DNA of 64,000 bases from an uncultured Alphaproteobacteria bacterium (GTDB taxonomy: Bacteria; Pseudomonadota; Alphaproteobacteria; Rhizobiales; Xanthobacteraceae), in assembly GCA_963718035.1 (NCBI GenBank), contig CAVQYD010000018.1:301-64300 (forward strand), given 5' to 3'. Both the position numbers and the translations under genes were made by a program. This document shows positions 59,035 through 64,000 of this stretch, piece after piece. The notes below the pieces were generated by a model that saw nothing but the letters and a program-made list of their open reading frames with translations, ran no database searches and was not told the origin of the DNA. Positions within the stretch are counted from its first letter, which is position 1; each line of letters opens with the position of its first letter.

Positions 59035-59200
59035 AACCGAGCCTCCGACTCCCCGATAGGTGCACTGCAGCATTTTTTATATTGCGATGCAATAACATTT
59101 ATTTCCTCCTAAATAGTGGCGTTTTTTGATCTCCAAGGCGGCAAGTCCGACCAGCGTCCGTGTCACGTCTGCTCTCGGACATTGATTGGTCGCCGTCGCC

Positions 59201-59227
59201 TGTCCGCTTTGGGTCAAAAGCGGACAT
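59201..59227 (+). repeat. palindromic repeat (A)
   Basis: tgtccgcttt-gggtca-aaagcggacat. Confidence 0.92.
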
Positions 59228-59840
59228 TCCCGCTAGCCCAGGATCGCTTGAATTCTGCCATTGGACGCCGCCACTTTTGCGCACTGTGATTTTTCGTGGA
59301 CCGGTCCCCACTAGGACGTCTTGACCGACAAACCGCGTCGAACTTGCTACTACCTCCGATACCCTATCTAGTCGGGGCCGAGCGGGGGCAGACGGATGCT
59401 CGCTTGGGGGCGGTCCTAGCCGGAAACGGTGTCCTGCATACCGCTACGGACGGGGCCGCTCCGCTTGAACCGGTCCCGCTACCTAACGCCTTAAATGCAA
59501 AGGTCGGTTGGGCATCAGCTCGGTGCAGCGCCAATTCGACCCCACATGCGCCAAGATTGGCACGACCCGTTTTGAAGCAACGACCCGCCTAACTCATCAG
59601 CGGCCTTCTCTGAGTCAATGCGGGCCGATTCCAGAAGGCCAACGGACCCAAAAGACATGAAACAAGACATTAAAGACATCAGCGAAAAAGAATTCACAAA
59701 GCTCTATGCCGAATATCAGGCCGGGCTGGGCCGCCCCGTGCCGGCTGTCGTTCATCGCCAGGACCGCCGCATTCCGGGTTGCGTGTCGGCTGAGGATTTT
59801 GCGGCTTGGAAATCCCGTTAGAAGCAGCAGTGCAATCGCT

Positions 59841-59869
59841 ATGTCCGCTTTACCCCCAAAAGCAGACAT
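59841..59869 (+). repeat. palindromic repeat (B)
   Basis: atgtccgcttt-accccca-aaagcagacat. Confidence 0.9.
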
Positions 59870-59953
59870 GCGGCACCCGCTCCCGCAACAAAAGGCAAGG
59901 TTGCCCATCGGTTATGCAATCTTGTCCACTGTTGCCGTGCGGGCATAGCAGCG

Positions 59954-60229
59954 ATGCCGAGCGAACCCTATTGTCGACCTATGCATGACCGACCTTCCGA
60001 TATGGACGTTAGCCGTCAAATCCTCGGCGTTTTCATGCGTTATCGGATTCCTGCGACCGGCACGCTGCAACGCAATTATTTTCTTGAAGTGCGCGACAGT
60101 GATTTCCAACGCGGGATCAACAAGGCGGTCGCCAACAATTGGATCACCATCGATTTGCGCAACCGCTACCGCTATCAACTCACGACAACGGGCTATGCCG
60201 TGGGGCGGACGATTGATCCGGTCCTCTAA
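59954..60229 (+). CDS. small winged-helix-like hypothetical protein
   Basis: ILGVFMRY..DFQRGINKAVANNWI..YQLTTTG; the only gene between two repeat clusters. Confidence 0.6.
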   Translation: MPSEPYCRPMHDRPSDMDVSRQILGVFMRYRIPATGTLQRNYFLEVRDSDFQRGINKAVANNWITIDLRNRYRYQLTTTGYAVGRTIDPVL

Positions 60230-60245
60230 GGAATAGAACGGGGGC

Positions 60246-60318
60246 ATGTCCGCTTTGGGTCAAAAGCGGACATTTGCACTGCAACAGCCCATGTCTGCCA
60301 AGTGCCAATAGCGGACAT
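60246..60318 (+). repeat. palindromic repeat cluster (A, C)
   Basis: atgtccgcttt-gggtca-aaagcggacat; atgtctgccaa-gtgcca-atagcggacat; 45 bp period. Confidence 0.93.
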
Positions 60319-60323
60319 AAGCA

Positions 60324-61314
60324 CTAGTCGATCACCTGTCGGCCCGCTGCTGGCAGTTGCATCGAGATGTTCAGGCCCAACTTCTTTGCGGTCTTGAGGT
60401 TGATCACGAGATCATATTTCGTTGGCGCCTGCACAGGCAGGTTGCCCGGCTTTTCTCCCTTTAATATGCGATCGACATAAGTGGCAGCGCCCCGATGTTG
60501 CTCGACCGTATGGAAACCATAGGAGGCAAGACCTCCACTCTCGGCGAAATAATGAAAAGGATAGATCGCCGGCAGCCGCAATTCAGATGCCAAAGCAACA
60601 AGTCGTTCCTGGTTGACTGTGTTGAGGGGACTTGGGGCCACGATGAGGCCTCCGTCCGGTTCTCTTGCGAATGCACGCAGCGCAGGTTCGATTTCCTCCG
60701 CTGTGCGTAGTGGCCGGTGTCACAGTCACCCCAAGGGAGTTGGAAGCGGCTTGCGCCGTATGCATGAACGCGACGTGCGCGGAGATGTCCGAACTGTGAA
60801 CGAAGGCCACGCGACGCAAGCTGGGCGCGATCTCCTTGAGAACTTGCAACCATTTTCCACCAATGTCCGTCTCGAAATTCTGGAAACCGGTGATGTTTTC
60901 GCCCGGGCGCGCCAGGTTCGATACGATGCCGGCGCCAACTGGATCGGAAACGACGACAAAAACGACAGGGATCGTCTGCGTCGCTTTGCGCATCGTCGCC
61001 GCCGAGGGATTGGCCCAAACGACAATTATATCTGGCGCGAGCGAGATCAGCTCCGCGGCGCCGACGCTCATGCGCTCCGGCACCTGACCCGTGAAACGGT
61101 AGTCGAACCGGATATTTTGGCCTTCGTTCGAGCCCAGTTCGTGAAGACGCTGCTTGAAAGCCGACAAATAGTTCTTCACTAGAGGTTCGCGGTCGTTGGG
61201 AAACGGTATCAGCACGCCGACCCGTCGCAAGCGAGGTGTCTGTTGCGCTCGAACTGCGAGCGGCCAGGTGAGCGCAGCACCGCCGAGAACCGTGATGAAC
61301 GCGCGCCTTTTCAT
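60324..61314 (-). CDS. ABC substrate-binding protein, paralogue 8 (frameshifted)
   Basis: MKRRAFITVLGG..RPGENITG..NLPVQAPTKYDLVINLKTA. Confidence 0.88.
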
Positions 61315-61383
61315 TACCGGCTCCGAGGCTCTGAGCTGACATCGTATCGGTTCGGCATATCCGCTTAAAGAGGACGCGCTTCG

Positions 61384-61497
61384 TATTCACTTTGGTCATA
61401 GCGGACATTCCGCAGTGCAATCGCCCTGTCCGCTTCGCCTCCGGAAGCGGACATCATCGGCGGCTTCCAAATGTCCGCTAGTGCCATAGGCGGACAT
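61384..61497 (+). repeat. palindromic repeat cluster (A, B, C; divergent)
   Basis: ..tttggtcatagcggacat; tgtccgcttcgcctccggaagcggacat; atgtccgctagtgccataggcggacat. Confidence 0.85.
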
Positions 61498-61515
61498 TGC
61501 ACCGCAGATCATCGC

Positions 61516-62157
61516 TTAATTTTTTGTCTTGAGATTGCGTAGAATCAGATCGGCAATTTCCAGATCGTCGCCTTCGGCTCGCTGGTCTAGGCCTTTCGTA
61601 ACGCCAAGCTGGTCGTTCAACTCGCGATTCTGGCTCATCTTCCACTTGCCTTCAATCTGTGTGATGACGAAGCGGAAACCTACTATGCCGCGCAGCATGG
61701 CATCGACGTAAGACTGAGGAGCGTCCGAAAGTGCCCAAGGTCTGGCCTGGGCTTGCTCTTGCTGCGCGGTAAGCTCGCCCACATGCCGGCGCAGCCAGTC
61801 TTTGTTCTTCATCATTTCTGCGCGGCCGTACGCATGTACGACTGCATAGTTCCAAGTCGGGACGACTTTGCCGTGTTCGGCTTTGGAGGGATACCAGTTG
61901 GGAGTGATATAGCTCTCAGGGCCTTGGAAAATCATAAGCGCCTCGTTGGCGCTGGCGACGTCTTTCCAATGCGAATTGGCCCGCGCGAAATGACATTCGA
62001 TAACGCCGTATGATCCTTCGTCCTTGAGTACAGTCGGCAGATGGCTGGCGTAGAGCCCGGTCGAGCCGTTCGAGATGAGTGACGCAAAAGGTCTGGCACG
62101 CATGAGCGCGTGCATACGGGCGACGTCTTCAACGCGAAATTCGTCAGGTCGGTACAT
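61516..62157 (-). CDS. FMN-binding negative transcriptional regulator (PaiB family)
   Basis: MY.P..F, ASHLP, HFARANSHW, FQGP.SYITPNWYPSK, VPTWNYAVVH, GKWKMSQNR. Confidence 0.92.
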   Translation of the reverse strand: MYRPDEFRVEDVARMHALMRARPFASLISNGSTGLYASHLPTVLKDEGSYGVIECHFARANSHWKDVASANEALMIFQGPESYITPNWYPSKAEHGKVVPTWNYAVVHAYGRAEMMKNKDWLRRHVGELTAQQEQAQARPWALSDAPQSYVDAMLRGIVGFRFVITQIEGKWKMSQNRELNDQLGVTKGLDQRAEGDDLEIADLILRNLKTKN

Positions 62158-62261
62158 AGCTATCCAAGGATCGGGTTATCTAAAAAATCTTTGGATGCGG
62201 GGGCAGTCCGATTATCAACCGTGAATTTCCAAAGTGCAATTGCGATCAATTCGATGCTTCT

Positions 62262-62377
62262 ATGTCCGCTCTGGGTCATGGCGGACATTTGCAACGCACA
62301 AGTCGATGTCCGCTTAGTGCCAAAAGTGGACATTGCGGTGCAGCAGCCCATGTCCGCTTTGTGCCAATAGCGGACAT
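62262..62377 (+). repeat. palindromic repeat cluster (A, C, C)
   Basis: Three units at a 44 bp period; centres gggtca, gtgcca, gtgcca. Confidence 0.92.
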
Positions 62378-62428
62378 CATGGTGTCCGCACCGTGTGCAG
62401 TTATTCCCGTACCTCGCTGCCTTCATGT

Positions 62429-63196
62429 TCAGGGACCAAGGGGTGCGAGCGCGTGGCGCAGCGGCTCACTGGAAATCTGCAATAGCCCCGCAAAAGGCTG
62501 ATCCATTTCCAAGATCAGAAAAATTGCACAAGCTACAGATAGAGCGCCTACGAAAAACGTCACGATCACGACTGGACTAGCTCCGTACAAACAGGCCAAA
62601 GCTCGTGAAAATAATTGCGAGCCAAAAAATAAGAATTGCAAGAAATGGCACTGGAATCGAATCGTGTACCTGAGTGAATAGAGCTAATCGCGCTTGTGCC
62701 AAATCGACGAGCGGCGCCGAGCACACGGGCTTGAAAAGCGCGTTTTGAATCGATTGTTCGGCTGGAGTTCTTGAATTTTATTGACAAAGTTTTGTGCTTC
62801 GGCGGTCGCCGCAAATGGCGCGATTCTTCGTACGATCGCCTTCGTTCCAAATCCGATCGACCAACGGAGGGACTAGCTCTACGCAGGCTAATACGTAAAT
62901 TTTGCGCGTCGGAACCATAGTGCTCAAGCAGTTGGTCAAGAAGGATAATATTGGCCGTGATTTGTTTGATCTGGGTCGTTCTGCGCATCGTACGAGGTCT
63001 TGGCCGATGCGATCAGCAGGCCGAGAACAAGGGCGGCTATCGTCCCGATTAGTCCCGTGCTGAGCCTTACGACGTCTTTTACATCATCACGAAGGTGTTG
63101 GCCCGGTAAGGCATTGCGAATGTACATACCGAGCAATGCCCCACCGAAAACAAGTGCAAACGTAATTATCGAGATTGATAGCTCGCTCACGACCAA
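62429..63196 (-). CDS. DUF4239/bestrophin-like membrane protein (several frameshifts)
   Basis: DVVRLSTGLIGTIAALVLGLLIASAK.SYD; LSVACAIFLILEMDQPF.GL..ISSEPL. Confidence 0.75.
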
Positions 63197-63229
63197 TCAT
63201 CCTTTTATTCAATAACCTCATAACAACTC

Positions 63230-63258
63230 ATCGTACCGGCTCAAGTTAGCTGCTTGAA
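63230..63258 (-). promoter_or_regulatory. conserved repeat-adjacent promoter-like motif
   Basis: Minus strand TTCAAG-N17-TACGAT, containing ttgagccgg. Confidence 0.55.
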
Positions 63259-63302
63259 GGGGGAGGTGTGAGCGAAGAAACACAGCGTTGGGAGGTCAGC
63301 CG

Positions 63303-63375
63303 ATGTCCGCTTTGGGTCAAAAGCAGACATGTGCAGTGCACCCACGAATGTCCGCTAAGTGGCAACAGCGGACAT
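63303..63375 (+). repeat. palindromic repeat cluster (A, C)
   Basis: atgtccgcttt-gggtca-aaagcagacat; atgtccgctaa-gtggca-acagcggacat. Confidence 0.92.
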
Positions 63376-63383
63376 CGCGCTTC

Positions 63384-64000
63384 TTATTCGATCACCTCGT
63401 CCGCGCGTTCAAGTATTGATCGTGGCACGGTGATTCCGATCGCCCTGGCGGCCTTCAGGTTGATCACTAATTCGAATGTGTTCGGCTGCTCCACCGGGAG
63501 TTCGGATGGTTTGGCGCCCTTTAGTATGCGGTCGACATAAATGGCCGTTTGACGGAATTGACCTGACAAATTCGCCCCATACGACATGAGTCGCCCGCCT
63601 CGACGTTTTCGCGTCGCTGAAAGACTGCTGGCAACCGAGAGCGTTTCGGGGTCTGCGATTTTCGCCGCGTGATCATGAGCGACGAGTACGGCAAGCAAGA
63701 CAACACCATGAACGTCCTCTTCGTTGAAACGCGCAAAGGCGCGCCGGAACGCCTCGGGATTGTTGGCGTCGGCACGCGTGACACGCAAACCGAGTGCACG
63801 AATGGCATCCTCCGTGCCTTTTAATTGGAGGACTGAGCCCGGATTGCTGTAATTGAAAATTAGACCAATGTGTTTCGCATTGGGAACAATCTCCCTCAAT
63901 AGTTCTACCAACTTTGGACTAAGATCGCTTGCAATATTGGTAACGCCGGTAATGTTGCCGCCCGGCCGCGCGAGATTGGCAATAAAGCCCACTTCTACCG
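63384..64000 (-). CDS. ABC substrate-binding protein, paralogue 9 (partial, runs off the window)
   Basis: NLARPGGNITG..ELPVEQPNTFELVINLKAA..RADEVIE. Confidence 0.9.
   Translation of the reverse strand, partial: VEVGFIANLARPGGNITGVTNIASDLSPKLVELLREIVPNAKHIGLIFNYSNPGSVLQLKGTEDAIRALGLRVTRADANNPEAFRRAFARFNEEDVHGVVLLAVLVAHDHAAKIADPETLSVASSLSATRKRRGGRLMSYGANLSGQFRQTAIYVDRILKGAKPSELPVEQPNTFELVINLKAARAIGITVPRSILERADEVIE

Noticed and set aside
59341-59490. Possible structured ncRNA in GC-rich intergenic DNA (also 48905-48950)
   Set aside because: Hairpins are possible but I recognise no family or second copy.
62262-62377. Repeat clusters as CRISPR mini-arrays
   Set aside because: Linkers are only 16-17 nt and resemble each other, units differ by type within a cluster, clusters have at most three clear units, and there are no cas genes.
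2007-63375. Repeats as plain intrinsic terminators
   Set aside because: No U-tracts, conserved primary sequence and centre types, and they also occur upstream of genes; an effect on mRNA 3' ends is not excluded.

Overview
GC-rich alphaproteobacterial (Hyphomicrobiales, Bradyrhizobium/Pseudorhodoplanes-like) accessory region with two interleaved layers. (1) An RcGTA-like gene transfer agent head-tail cluster (g5 capsid, g6, g7, g8, g9, g10, g10.1, g11, degenerate g12) keeps its canonical order on the minus strand but is stretched over about 40 kb by insertions. (2) About 49 copies, in 27 clusters by manual count, of a 28-29 bp palindrome ATGTCCGCT(T/A)(T/A)-N6/7-(A)(A/T)AGCGGACAT occur in three central-sequence types (A, B, C) in a fixed order at a roughly 45 bp period. 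The clusters separate one- to few-gene modules: nine orphan ABC substrate-binding paralogues, TIR proteins, enzymes and tiny ORFs. A conserved promoter-like motif lies next to several clusters. Two different IS110-family (IS1111-type) elements have each inserted into a type C copy. Their downstream non-coding regions contain segments matching both the repeat and their own circle junction, as expected of bridge/seek RNAs. No recombinase dedicated to the repeat is visible in the window. Many single-base frameshifts suggest assembly error. All calls come from reading the sequence and ORF translations, with no database searches.
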